This document shows, piece by piece, positions 13,769 through 26,569 of a DNA stretch of 64,000 nucleotides; positions within the stretch are counted from its first letter, which is position 1, and each line of letters begins with the position of its first letter. The notes under the pieces were generated by a model. It ran no database searches and was not told the origin of the DNA. It saw nothing but the letters and a program-made list of their open reading frames with translations. Position numbers and translations under genes: made by a program. Source of the stretch: Malacoraja senta (lineage: Eukaryota); assembly GCA_038087875.1 (NCBI GenBank), contig CM075987.1, positions 17,796,001 through 17,860,000 of the forward strand, read 5' to 3'.

Positions 13769-16700
13769 AATGGATGGAGGCCAGGGATGGAGATGCATCA
13801 AGTGGCACTAGGGTTGCTATGTAGTGCCCACTTCGAGATGAATTGTTTCAGGAAGTATGCCATTCGGTCCACCATCAACCCCAAGTTGCAGCAACTCTGT
13901 AAAGCCCAGCAATGTGCAGTCATTCAACTTACTCTTCAGAGAAAAAACCTCACGAAACGTGGGAAAGAGTTGGATGATGAGGCAAAAACAGCATGGTTGA
14001 TCAAAACATCAATGGTCGGCAAGTCTGCAAAGAGGAGGTATCCTTTCAGACATCATACAAAATCCTGGGCCTACATCAGGAACAAATCGACCATTGAAGC
14101 AGGGGCGCAGTTGGTGTCCTGCAGCGGGAACACGAAAAAGCGTGGGTTTTTCCTGCCAGGAGCCAGGGACCACAGGTCACTCAGGTGACAAAGGAGGTAG
14201 GTGGACCTGGTTCTCATGGGAACATATTAAGGCAAAAATAGCCAAATATTGGAAGCAAATTACTTCAGATTTATTATTCTGAGTATTATTCAAATGTTTT
14301 GAATTGATTCGATCCAAATAGTGATTTGCCATCCAGCATGTTCCAAGCAGAACACTCCAATTTCATTAAAATAAGTGATGGAGGTTCAATCTGAATTAAA
14401 AACTTGTCTATATACAGGTAATTGAAAGGTCGGTTTATCAAAACCACCAAATTGTGTTTAAAATTTCTCGACCTAAAAAGGTGAGTATTTTAAATCTGAC
14501 AAGTCTTTAAAATTTTGTGAAGTATAGACATTTCAAAATGGAGACTTTGAGACTGCCAAACAACTTATTTTAAAATATGTTATATGGCACTTATAGATCT
14601 GAAAGATGTATATTACTTAGTGTCTGTTCATTTGTAAGATAAAAATATTTGAAATTTATCTGAATGAACAATTATGGCAATTCAAAGTTCTGTCTAATTG
14701 GTTAACTTCAGTTCCTAGAATTTCACTAAATTGGTAAAACCAATTTTGTGGCTAATTAGAGTCCAAGGAAAGATGTTGATGGCTTAACTGGATGATGTCC
14801 TAATTAGGACGAACAAGAGAATTAGTGAGTTATCTCTCTCAATTGTTCAATCCACTTTTGAAAGTTGGGTTCAATTCATCCAGAGAGAAATTAAGGTTAA
14901 CGCCACTTACAACAATTGATTATTTTAATTTCACAATTGATTCAATGGACAGGGTAGTAATTTACCCAGGGTAAGGGTAGAGCTGATTGATGGTTGTATT
15001 AAGCTGTTGAAAAAGCAACAATTGTCAATTAAGACAGGTGGCCTGCTTGCTAGGGAAATTAGTGTTATTTCCAGCAATACAATATGGGCCATTGTACTAC
15101 CAGCAGCTACAGACGGCAAAAAGAAAGGCACTAAGATGCATGGTGGCCATTTTTGATAGGCCATGCAGTTAAATAACAAATGCTGCTTCTGATTTGCAGT
15201 GGTGGATTTAACATGTCTCCAGTAGTTCAAGCATGATACTGATTGAACAGCCTTCCATGATCTTACAGACTGATGTCAGTGCACTAGGGTTGGTGCCACT
15301 GAAAAGGTATCCATCTGTGGACAGATGGAATATGGAAGAAGCATTATTTTTGCAGACTTGGAGAATCAATGTTTTACAGCTATTGGAAGGCTTATGAGCT
15401 CCAAGCTTGTTGTTAATACAACTAATCTGCATGTTCAGCTTCAAATTAACAATACTACCGCAATGGCATGTATTAATTGTATGGGTTGAATTATTTGGTG
15501 TTATATGACAAATTGGCTAATCAAATCTGGACTTGGTGTGTTGACAAATATTTGGTTTCAGCTATTTATCTACTGGGTAGATTCAATATAGTAGCAGACA
15601 CCAGGTTACGGGAATGTCCATGATAACAAAGAATGGATGTTGAACCTTAAGATTTGAATGATATAGTCAGATTTGGGAAGCCAGATATGACTTGTTTCCA
15701 TCCAGACTCAATCACCAGTTACAGAGATATGTGTTATGGGAACTACATCGGGAGACAGTAGCGATTGATGCTTTCTTGCTACATTAGGGTGGTATGTTGT
15801 TATATGCATTTTCCATCATTCTGTCTCATAAACCGGTGTCTGCTTAAAATGAAGCAGGATGCTGCCTCTGGGGTACTGGTGGTACCAGACTGGTCTACGA
15901 AGCCATGGTTCCCTTTCATATTGGAATTAATGACACAGTTTCTGATAAAGGTTCCAAAAGAAGGGAGTTACTGGTGTATCCGATAATTGGAGAGTAACAT
16001 CCGTTATATGCCTGTATGGATCTGTTAATTTGCAGGTTTTAAAAAGAGGATTGTCTGGGCATACTGTGGACATCCTTACAGCAGTCTGGCAGAAGAGCAC
16101 TCAAAAGCAGTACATTTGCGAATCTGATGTTGTGACTGTAAATGCTGCTTTCCCATTATGTAAAGAATGGGGAAAAACATTTCTGTGTACAAAAGAATAT
16201 TGAATGTTGTATGGCACATGTCTCAAATGTCTTGGGTTTTCTCAACACTCTATTATGAGGGGTTGAGTTATAGTGCGATTTATTTAGCCAGAAGTACATT
16301 GTCCTCGTTTTTTATTGATGAGGTCGGAAAGACATCCTGTTCAGTCTCGTTCTTTCATTTCCAGATTAATGAAAGGAATTTTAATTCCAGACATTCTAAA
16401 CCTAGGATGGGAATCTGGAATATAGAGTTGTTTTAAGCTACTTCATCAATGGACTCTTGGTACGATTCTGATTTGGTCAAGTTCAGCATGAAGGTAGTCA
16501 TGTTTATGGCATTTGTAACAAGCACAGAGAGTGCAGACATTACAAAAGTTACAGATACACAGGATGGAAGTACCTCAGGATAATGTTATGTTTTACATTT
16601 TATGACCTACTCAAATGAAGTAGGGTCAGGTGTGACAGGATTCAAGCGTGTTTTATTAGCATATTCCATGGATCCATGTCTATGTGTTAAGACATATTTG

Positions 16701-17543
16701 TTGCAATGCATTGAGGCTACAAATGTCTCATGAAATATGAAAACAAGATTGTTTATCATTCATGAAAAACCATACAAGATAGTGTCAGTTCAGACTATTT
16801 TAAGATGGTTAAAACAAGTCTTGGTTGCTGCAGGTGTGAACAGTGATGTTTTTACTTCCCATTCGATTTAGCAGTAACATGGACGGTCAGGGCGAACAAC
16901 GTCCCGTCGACCATATTTTCGCATCAGCCGGGTGATCTAATAAGGTCACACTTTTCAACACTTTTACCATCGGCCTATTGCCAATACGGGGCTGTTTGCA
17001 GATACTATATTAAGTTCTGCTTATATTCCCCTGGGTTAAAGGGAATACTGTTAATTATTTTATTCAAATAAAGGAATTACTGCATTTGTCATGCAAATGT
17101 CATTATTAATGCATTATTGATTATTTCTCGTTCCGAGTCAATCAATGCAGTGAGAATCCGGGATTTGTATCTGCGGCATGAAATCACAAAGCTTTAAAAT
17201 CTTCACCTAGTCACTCACGTGACTCAAAAGTAAAATAGTAAGATTAAATGAGAACTTACCAGTTTGAAGTTTGATCTTTATTTTATGAGGAGTTACGTTG
17301 GTGATTACGTGCCCACCACGGCCCAACCCTCTTTCATAAAGTTCAGATGGAAGTTCTTAATTTACTCGTTTTACTATGTTACTATGTTACTTCGTTGTTG
17401 TTGTTGTTTGTGATTTCACAACGCTGCTTTGAAGATTGATGCGCAGGCGCCCTGACGGGTCTTCTCACGTAATCACCAACGTAACGCCTCATAAAATAAA
17501 GATCAAACTTCAAACTGGTAAGTTCTCGTTTAATCTTACTATT
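13769..17543 (+). mobile_element. DIRS1-like tyrosine-recombinase retrotransposon, copy 1 (decayed, 5' end lost in the gap)
   Basis: Gag-like ORF 13787-14188. RT remnants YRHFKMET (~14523), IDLKDVYY (~14590) and A*LDDVLI (~14782). RNase H LQTDVSALG (~15263). MT-like FPSFCLI...VLVVPDWSTKPWFP (ORF 15765-15986). YR-like GLSYSAIYLARSTLS. ICR and 3' terminus end at ATT 17541-17543. Confidence 0.9.
17201..17543. repeat. DIRS internal complementary region (ICR) and right terminal extension; 78-bp inverted repeat
   Basis: 17234-17311 is the near-perfect reverse complement of 17466-17543. 17201-17236 resembles the complement of the left terminus seen in copies 2 and 3. Confidence 0.92.
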
Positions 17544-20500
17544 CCACTATCACATGTGCAGTACATCACACGTTTAGTCTACTGCAGCTACTGAAGACAG
17601 TAGGCCAGTTCTTACACTATAAAGCATGCATTAGGCGGAGTTATAATTACTAAGCATTCTGATTTGCTAACATGCCGATCTACATCTCTTCTTGTTGAAA
17701 TGAGAAAGCAACTAAGGCGCTTTAAACGGTAAGCTGAGGGAATAATATTGGGGTTAAACAAAATCGCCATATCTAGTGGGTGGCCAGATAACACACCCAG
17801 TCCTCGTGCGGTAGGGGGCTGCCTCATCACCCTTTCCTTCTGAAAAGATGGGGACTGGGGCTGGTGGTGCCGCAGGAGACCCAATGGGCTTGTGGGGGGG
17901 GGGAACCGCCACGGGGGGACCGGGGGTGAACCGACGCGGGGCGCTCGGGGCACTGGTTACAACAGGGGACGCAGGGGCAGACCGATGCGGGGAATGGGTG
18001 GACTTGGTCGTGGCAGGTGGTGGAACATCTGCAACAGGCATCGGTGTGAACATGAGCGCTGGGGCATCAGGACCCGCAGGCACTGGACAAGGTTCCTTCA
18101 CCAGAAGGAGGTGATGACGGTTGTGTCTGTAGAGGACACCATCCACTTCGACCAGGTAGGAGCGTGGTTCCTTCAAGGGGCCATGAATGTGCCCTAGTTT
18201 GGTATGTCCTTTGTCAGTTTGTAGGCGTACCACTTGTCCTAAGTTGTACTAGTGGTTTAAGCGGCTTGCTGGTCTTGTCATAAAACCGCTTTTGTGTGTC
18301 GCGTTTAAACTGCACTCGCTTTTGTATTGCGGTGGGTGAGCGGTCCTGAGGCTGCAGCTGTTGCTGGGAGACGGGCAGTGGTGGACGCGTCTGGAGAGAC
18401 ATTAGTCGCTGGGCAGGGGAGCCGAGAATGCTGTCCCTTGAAATGTTCCGCAGGTTGAGTAGGTCCAGGTAGACGTCAGATTTTGCTAGGTAGGAACGTT
18501 CCATGAGTTGTTTAGCTCTTCGAACGCCGTGTTCAGCAAGTCCATTGGACTGTGGGTATTCTGGGCTGCTGGTGACGTGTTGAAAGTTCCACCGTTTGAC
18601 AAAGTTCTTGAACTTTTGACTGGTGAATTGCCTTCCAGTGTCAGTTTGAAGGCAGTGATCCAATGCATGGACAGGTGGATTGATAGTTTTTGGATCACTG
18701 TTTCGGAGGTGATCGTTGGGAGTAGGTCGATTTCAAACCAGCTCGAGTAGGAGTCCGCCAGGACGAGGTAGTGTTTCCCGTGTCATTCAAAGATGTCGGC
18801 GGCCAGTGAAGACCACGGAAGGGAGGGAACTGGCTGATGCAGGAGGAGCTGCTTCTGTTGATGTGGTGTTAAACTGTTGCAGATGGTGCACGATTCCGTC
18901 TTATCACATATGTACCTTGTCATCCCGGGCCAGTAGTTCTGTTTTGGGCCCATTTTAGAGTGGCGTCTGTGCTGGGGTGGCCTCTGTGGATATCGTCATA
19001 GTACTCACCCCGTAGAGTGGGAGGGATGACTGCCTAGTGACCTTTGACGATTATCCCGTCCTGTAGCACTAGTTCATCATGAACCAGGAAGTAGGGTCGT
19101 ATTTCTAGCCGGGTGTTTGACTATTTGTTGGGCCATCCGTTCCTTATGACGGTGATTAGCAGTTGCGAAGTTTAATCCACAGCTGTGTGTTTGGCAAGGG
19201 TCAGTGTGTATACGGTCAGTGGGCACGAACGAGACCTTCAGGACTGAGAATTCATCTTGTTCACTGGGGTGGCGTTCGCTGGTGGTGCACGGGGCTCTGG
19301 AGAGCGTGTCTGCAATGTGCATGTCTTTACCTTTCTTGTATATGATGCGGAAGTCAAAACGCTGTAGCTGCATCATCATGCGTTGTAGACGAGCCGGGGC
19401 GGCGTGGATGGGCTTGTTCAGGATGGTGACCAGTGGCTGATGGTCAGTCTCAACAGTAAAGTCTTTAAATTTTGAACAGGCAAAGACGACGGCGAGCAGT
19501 TCCTTCTCAATTTGGGCATAGCGTTGTTCAGTGTCTGTTAGGGTTTGTGATGCATAGGAGACAGGGATCACATCACCGTCGGTGGTTGGCTGTAGGCATG
19601 CTGCGCCTAGCCCGTACTGAAATGCATCGCAGGTGATGGTGATTGGCAGCTTGAGGTTAAAGTACACCAGTGTTGGTGCGCTGGCCAGCTGGAGCTTGAG
19701 CGTCTAGAAGACTCTTTGGTGTTGTGGGACCATGCAGTGTCCTTGTGAGTCAGTTGTCGCAGGGGGGCAGAAGGTTTGCTGAGGTTCGGAATGAATTTGC
19801 CCAGAAATGCCGAGAAATCGTTGCAAACTGGTGACGTCAGTTGGAACTGGCAGCTCGTTGATGGCTGCAGTTTTAAACGGATCAGGTTTTAATCTGTTGC
19901 TGGTGAATACATGACCGACGTAGGTGACTTCCGGAACACGGAATCTGCACTAGAGAGGGTTCAGTTTGAGGTTGATGTCTCTGGCACGGTTTAGTATCTT
20001 CTTTAAGTTGGCGTCATGCTCAGCCAGATCGCGGCCGTAGACCAGGATGTTGTCAACAATGATGGCTCATGGATATTCTGCAAACAGTTGTTCCATCGTG
20101 CGTTGAAAGACTTCGCTAGCCGAGTTGATGCCGAAGGGCATTCTTGCAAATCTTTTGCGACCAAACGGTGTGGCAAAAGTCGTCAGAGCAGATGATGCAT
20201 GGTCCAGTGGTATTTGCCAGAAGGAGCTTTTGGCATCAAGGACCGAGAACACTGTTGCGTTTCCAATTTGGGCCGCCACGTCTTCAGTTGTTCTCATTGG
20301 ATAGTGTGGGGCGTTTAACCATATAACAACCATATAACAATTACAGCACGGAAACAGGCCATCTCGGCCCTTCTAGTCCGTGCCGAACACTTACTCTCAC
20401 CTAGTCCCATCTACCTGCACTCAGACCATATCCCTCCATTCCTTTCCCGTCCATATACCGATCCAATTTATTTTTAAATGATAAAAACGAACCTGCCTCC

Positions 20501-22740
20501 ACCACTTCCACTGGAAGCTCATTCCACACAGCTACCACTCGGAGTAAAGAAGTTCCCCCTCATGTTACCCCTAAACTTTTGTCCCTTAATTCTTAAATCA
20601 TGTCCTCTTGTTTGAATCTTCCCTACTCTCAATGGAAAAAGCTCATCCACGTCAACTCTGTCTATCCCTCTCATAATTTTAAAGACCTCTATCAAGTCCC
20701 CCCTTAAACTTCTGCACTCCAAAAAATAAAGACCTGTCTTGTTCAACCTTTCTCTGTAACTTAGGTGTTGAAACCCAGGCAACATTCTAGTAAATCTCCT
20801 CTGTACTCTCCCTATTTTGTTGACATCTTTCCTATAATTTGGCGACCAAAGCTGTACACCATATTCCAGAATTGGCCTCGCCAATGCCGTGTACAATTTT
20901 AACATTACATCCCAACTTCTATACTCAATGCTCTGATTTATAAAGGCCAGCACACCAAAAGCTTTCTTTACCACCCTATCTACATGAGATTCCACCTTCA
21001 GAGAACTATGCACAGTTATTCCTAGATCCCTCTGTTCAACTGCATTCCTCAATTCGCTACCATTTACCATGTACGTCCTATTTTGATTTGTCCTGCCAAG
21101 ATGTAGCACATCACACTTATCAGCATTAAACTCCATCTGCCATCTTTCAGCCCACTCTTCCAAATGGCCTAAAACTCTCTGTAGACTTTGAAAATCTACT
21201 TCATTATCCACAACACCACCTATCTTAGTATCATCTGCATACTTACTAATCCAATTTACCACACCATCATCCAGATCATTGATGTATATGACAAACAACA
21301 GTGGACCCAACACAGATCCCTGAGGCACCCCACTAGTCACCGGCCTACAACCTGACAAACAGTTATCCACCATTACTCTCTGGTATCTCCCATTCAGCAA
21401 TTTTGAATCCATCTTGCTACTCCACTATTAATACCCAACAATTGAACCTTCTTAACCAACCTTCCATGTGGAACCTTGTCAAAGGCCTTACTGAAGTCCG
21501 TATAAACATCCACCGCTTTACCCTCATCAATTTCCCTAGTAACCTCTTCAAAAAATTCAAGAAGATTAGTCAAACATGACCATCCAGGCACAAATCCATG
21601 TTGACTGTTCCTAATCAGACCCTGTTTATCCAGATGATTATATATATATTATCTCTAAGTATCCTTTCCATTAATTTGCCCACCACTGACGTCAAACTAA
21701 CAGGTCTATAATTGCTAGGTTTACTCTTAGAACCCTTTTTAAACAATGGAATAACATGCGCATGTTTAATTGCCGTGTTTAAATCTTTGGGGTTGATGCA
21801 AACCCGTAACTCATTCTTTGTTTTTCTTGGTGGTTACAACCATGGTGGAGACCCAGTCGGAGGGTTCGCTGACCTCGGCAATGACTCCGATAGAGACCAC
21901 ACGTTTCAGTTCGGTGTGTATTTCTTCCCGCTTGCCATGGGGAATACGATGGGGTGCTCGAACTACTGGTGTAACAGCACGGTCCACAGTGATTTTGTAA
22001 ATCGTGGGCAGCTTGCCAAGTTTGTCATCGAACAAATCGTTGTACTGGATAGCAACTGCTGAGTCGGCTCCTCTGTCAGACATAGTTTGTGAACAGCACG
22101 TCCGAAATAAACTAGTCCTAGGTCATCGCATGCACTGATGCCAAGCAAGGTTTCAGAGTTGCGTTGGACTATGTAGAACATTAGGTTTTTCGTTTGTTCA
22201 TTGACTGTGCATTTCAGATCAGCTTTTCCCAGAGGGTGAAGGACCTCTCCCCCCGTAGGCATGCAGGGTGGAGGAGTCCTTTTTCATCAGTTCAGTGCTC
22301 CTGATCTTGTTGAACTCTCCGAGTGACATTACGTTGGCCTTTGCACCCGTGTCCACTTTGGCGGTCAGGGCCTTGTCGTTCATCACCTTGGTCACTGCAG
22401 GTTCCAGCTGTTTGCCTGAAGAGCACAAGAGAGATAGTACGGTTGAATCATTGTCTGTGTTATCGGAATCAATCCCGTGGGAAGCATCGTCGTGTTCTTG
22501 AGAATCCGAGTCAGACAGCTCTTGTTGAAGCAGGTGCAGATTTGTCCTTGAAGCAGTGTTCCCACGAGATCGACAACATGTTGCATAGTGATTAAGCTTC
22601 TTGCAGTTATGACAAACGTTCCCATGGGCGACACAGAACTGGCGCCCCCTGGAGTGGAAATAATTGCAGTTGGGGCATCTTGGAGCAGGTACATTAGGAT
22701 CTTTGCGAGGCGCATTTACAAATTTCTGGCGGTAATTTCT
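17544..22740 (-). mobile_element. Ty3/Gypsy LTR retrotransposon (gag-PR-RT-RH-IN), decayed, interrupted by a CR1
   Basis: Zn knuckle CHNCKKLNHYATCC and protease VDTGAKANVM (ORF 22219-22866). RT LDAKSSFWQIPL...RMPFGINSASEVFQ. RNase H YAQIEKELLAVVFAC...TDHQPL...ADTLSR. Integrase IHRGHP, TDTGRQFTS, YPQSNGLAE, PRSYLVEV. Integrase lies after RNase H (Gypsy order). Possible PPT aagaagaga followed by TGTA (3' LTR start ~17684). Confidence 0.9.
20319..21763 (-). mobile_element. CR1 LINE, 5'-truncated, inserted in the Gypsy RT
   Basis: [30 protein letters not shown]; short tandem 3' tail. Splits Gypsy ...DLNTAIK|RPHYP. Candidate gtttaa duplication at 20313-20318 and 21764-21769. Confidence 0.93.
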
Positions 22741-22744
22741 GGCA

Positions 22745-25600
22745 CCACATGAATCCACAAGGTCAATAAATGGAGACCAACTCGGTAAGAATTGGTCTTT
22801 TTTTTCTATTAGGAGGAGTCTCATTTCTTCCAAATGGACAGTTTCCAACATATTACCAATCCACATTTTGAGTGTTGGTATAATAACATTTTTCCAAAAT
22901 TTAAGTATGAGTTTTTTTTCTGTTATTAAACCATAATTAAAAAAATTAATTTGGGATATATTTTATTTGTTTCCATCTCCTATTACTCCAAAGATAATCA
23001 TTTCCATGTTAGGTTCCATTTTTATCTTAAATAAACTAGTGAATATATCAAATATATCACACCAAAATCCATGGTTTTGTGCAAGAAACAAAAGAATGTG
23101 TGATATTGGCATTTTGAGAAAGACATTTATCACAGATGGGAGAAATATTTGAATAAAATTTATTCAACCTAACTTTTGAATAATATAATCTGTGTAATAT
23201 TTTAAATTGAATTAAATTATGTCTAGCGTTAATCGAACATTTATGTATATATATCAAATACCTCTCCCATGTTTCTTTAGAAATTGTTGGCATTAATTCT
23301 TTTTCCCAGTCTTCTCTAATTGCCTCTGTTGATGGCAATTCTCTATTAAGAATACTATTATATAAATATGATATTATTTTTTGTGAGTCCGCCTTAATAT
23401 TCATTGCTTCTTCCAGTGGGTCTATCATTATGCTCTGTAGTCTTGGTATATATATATTTTTTTATAAAATCACATATCTGTAAATATTTAAAGTATTGGT
23501 TATTATTCAGATTAAATTTTGATTTTAATTGTTGAAATGATAATAAATTTCCCATTTCATACATGTCACCCAACTTTTTAATTCCCAATCTTTCCCATTG
23601 TCTATATGTTTTATCCATAAAAGATGGTTTAAATACTGGATTATTCACTATTGGTGTTAATAATAAGTTTCTTAATTTTAACGTTAATTTTATTTGTTTC
23701 CAAATTCGAATTATATTGTGTATAATTGGATTCTTCTTATATAATATATTATTCAATTTTATCGGGGAGAAGAGGATCGCTCCTAAATCGTAAGGAAAAC
23801 AATCCTCTTTCTCCATTCTTATCCATTCCATCTGTTGAATAAATGGTATTCTTAATATGCACTGCCCAATAATAATATAAAGAATTAGGCAGTGCAAGTC
23901 CCCCTACATCTTTAGGTTTACACAAATGATTTCTTTTAATTCTATGTGCTTTGTAGTCCCAAATAAAATTAGTAATATTAGAGTCTATTTAAAAAAAAAA
24001 TATGTTGGTATATATATATTGGTATGGATTGAAATAAATATATTAATTGTGGTAGAACTATCATTTTTATAGCATTTATTCTGCCAATTAATGATAGTGG
24101 GAGTGTTTTCCAAAATGTAATCAGAGCTTTCAATTTATTTAACAAAGGACTAAAATTAGCATTAAATAATGATTTATATCTTCTAGTAACTTGAATACCT
24201 AAATACTTAAATTTTTCCGTTGCAATTTTAAATGGAAATTGTAATAGATGATTCGCTTTCTGGGGCTGTAATGACATAATTTCACTTTTATTCCAATTTA
24301 TTCTACATCCAGAAAAAGAGCCAAATTCCTCTATGACGTTTAGTAAATTCAGGATACTCGTTTCTGAATTTCTAATATATCAAAGTATATCGTCCGCGTA
24401 TAATGAAATTTTGTTATTAGAGTCCTTAGTATTATATCCCTGAATATTCGGATGTGTTCTTATCCTTTCAGCCAGAGGTTCTATCATAAGGGCAAATAGC
24501 AGGGGTGATAAAACACATCCCTGCCTATTGCCCCGTGATAATTGGAATTTTGGAGACAACATATTATTAGTTAATATTCTTGCCATTGGTTTATCATATA
24601 ATAATTTTACCCATCTAATAAAATTATCTCCCATATTAAATTTTTGGAATACTATGTATAAATACTGCCATTCTACCTGATCAAATGCATCCAAAGATAT
24701 AACTGATAAGTCTTCCTTTTCCCCTTTATGTGAATACATTATATAAAAAAGTCGTCTCAAATTGTTAAATGATTGTCTTTTAGGTATAAACCCCGTTTGG
24801 TCCGGGTTTATCAATTTATTAATATATTTACTCAATCTTCTTGCTAAAATCTTTGCTAAAAATTTTTGATCTGTGTTTAAAAGTGATATAGCTCTATACG
24901 AGCCTGGATCTTCTAGATCTTTATCTTTTTTTGGTATAAGCGTAATTGTAGATTCTGCTAAAGTTTCTGGTAATTTCTTTTCGGTAAAAGCATAAGTATA
25001 TAATTTAAGTAATCATGGGACCATTAACTCCTGAAATCTTTTATAGAATTCATTATTAAAACCATCATGCCCTGGTGTCTTTCCATTTTTCAGTTATTTT
25101 ATTGTTTCTCTTATTTCTTCACTTGAAATCTGAGCTCCTAATTCCTCTTGTTCTAAGATATCCAATTTTAGCAAATTACAATTATCTAAAAAATTTATAA
25201 TTTTATTGTCTTCTATGTTAGTTTTAGATGTATATAAATGTTGATAAAATTGAGCGAACCTTTTGTTAATGTCCTTAGGTAAAGTTAATAGTTCCCCGTT
25301 CTCTGATTTAATTTTAATAATTGTTTTTTCCATTTCTTGCTTCTTCAATTGTCGTGCTAGAAGTTTATGTGGTTTATCCCCAAATTCAAACTGTACTTGT
25401 TTTGTGATCTGAAATAATCTTATTACTCTCACCGATAATATTCGATTAAGTTTAAATTTCAATAATGTAATCTTATTATGTTTATCTATAGTTGGGTCTT
25501 TTACGTTACCTAATTCTAATAATTTAATTTCCTTTTCTAACGTCCATTGTTATGTCCTGTTTTTTTTATTTAGAAAACTTTGATACGAAATTATAACTCC
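22745..25600 (-). mobile_element. L1-clade LINE ORF2 remnant (fish/amphibian type), 5'-truncated, frameshifted
   Basis: INPDQTGFIPKRQSFNNLRRL, RGNRQGCVLSPLLFALMIEPLAERIR, KISLYADDIL, LPLSLIGRINAIKM, C-terminal CDKC...THSFVSC. A-rich coding strand. Confidence 0.88.
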
Positions 25601-26073
25601 AACATCACGGAGCTGTGGTTGCGGAGCGTCCAGCCGCGGGCGGCGCTGACTTTAAACACCGCGGAGCCTGGAATCTCTCGCCGAGATCGCCAGTGTTGGA
25701 GCTCCGACCTGCGCAGCCTGTGGACTTCGGGAGCCGCCGTCTCCGATAGCAAGCGGCCGTTTCGGAACTCCAAGCCGCTGAGAGTGTTCTTCCGACACCG
25801 GAGTTTCATCATTCTGGCGAGAGGGCCTGAAACATAGGGCCACCATAGTGCCGACTGTGGAGGCCTCAATAGGCCCCGACCATGGGTGAACAAGAGGAAG
25901 AGGACTGGACTTTTGTTGCCTTCCCCCACAGTGGGAGACATTATGGGGAGATGTTTTTATGTTTAATGTTAAATTCTATAATGTTGTATTTATTTTATTG
26001 GTGTGCTGCAATGGCAACTCAAATGTCACTACACCAATTGGTGTATGTGACAATAAATGTCCTTTGTCCTTTG
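25601..26073 (+). mobile_element. Unclassified GC/CpG-rich non-autonomous retroposon with 3' stem-loop and (tcctttg)n tail
   Basis: GC-rich body, then hairpin tgtcactacacc-aatt-ggtgtatgtgaca, aataaa and a short tandem tail; no recognisable protein. Confidence 0.5.
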
Positions 26074-26400
26074 ATCTTTATGCGGGTGGCCACCCTTGTC
26101 CTGTTGTCCCTGGGAGCCACTGAGGGGCTAGGAAGCGCCCTGGGCTGTTTGTCTTTTAATTAACGGGCCTCTTTCCGACCTTGCTCGCTGCGCCAATTTT
26201 GTTGTGGTTACTGCTGCTCAAAATTAACTCGGGTAACGCGGACAATTCTTCCAGAAGTTCAAACCATTATTTGCAAATTAAGGCTGGAACAGTCACTGAG
26301 CAAGACCACGTGAAAGTTCAGAGTTTCAAGACACGAGTCGCTTCTTTTATGGCATGTTTAACTCTGTATGTCCCACCCCCGGTGCATTGGGTAATCACTT

Positions 26401-26569
26401 GCATCAAAACAGCCCTTCACACAACTCGTCCATGCTGACCCAGTTACTGAGTTAGTAACTTGGTCCCTGTCCCTCGAAACATTTCCTATCTATTACCTGT
26501 CCAAATATTTTCAAACTGTAATTTTCCATGTCAGAGAAGCTAGTAGAGGCAGATACAATAACAATGTTT
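26401..26569 (+). repeat. Duplicated block, copy A part 1 (continues at 31275-31408 and 35598-35889)
   Basis: The three pieces concatenate to match the uninterrupted copy at 45727-46325. Confidence 0.9.

Noticed and set aside
46..13811. Dozens of long ORFs (PFYFNPKPPKQPFAV etc.) suggesting a repetitive structural protein
   Set aside because: The 45-bp monomer has no stop codon in any + frame, so all three frames are open and shift at homopolymers. This is a satellite artefact.
13245..13824. ORFs spanning N runs (also 59128-59541)
   Set aside because: Artefacts of translating assembly gaps.
17234..17543. Long hairpins here and at 26570-26875 and 37176-37470 as miRNA precursors or MITEs
   Set aside because: Fully explained by the DIRS ICR/terminal-extension structure.
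22219..22866. In-frame L1 C-terminus/Gypsy gag-protease fusion ORF
   Set aside because: Both parents are broken by stops and frameshifts nearby; best explained as a chance in-frame deletion or insertion junction.
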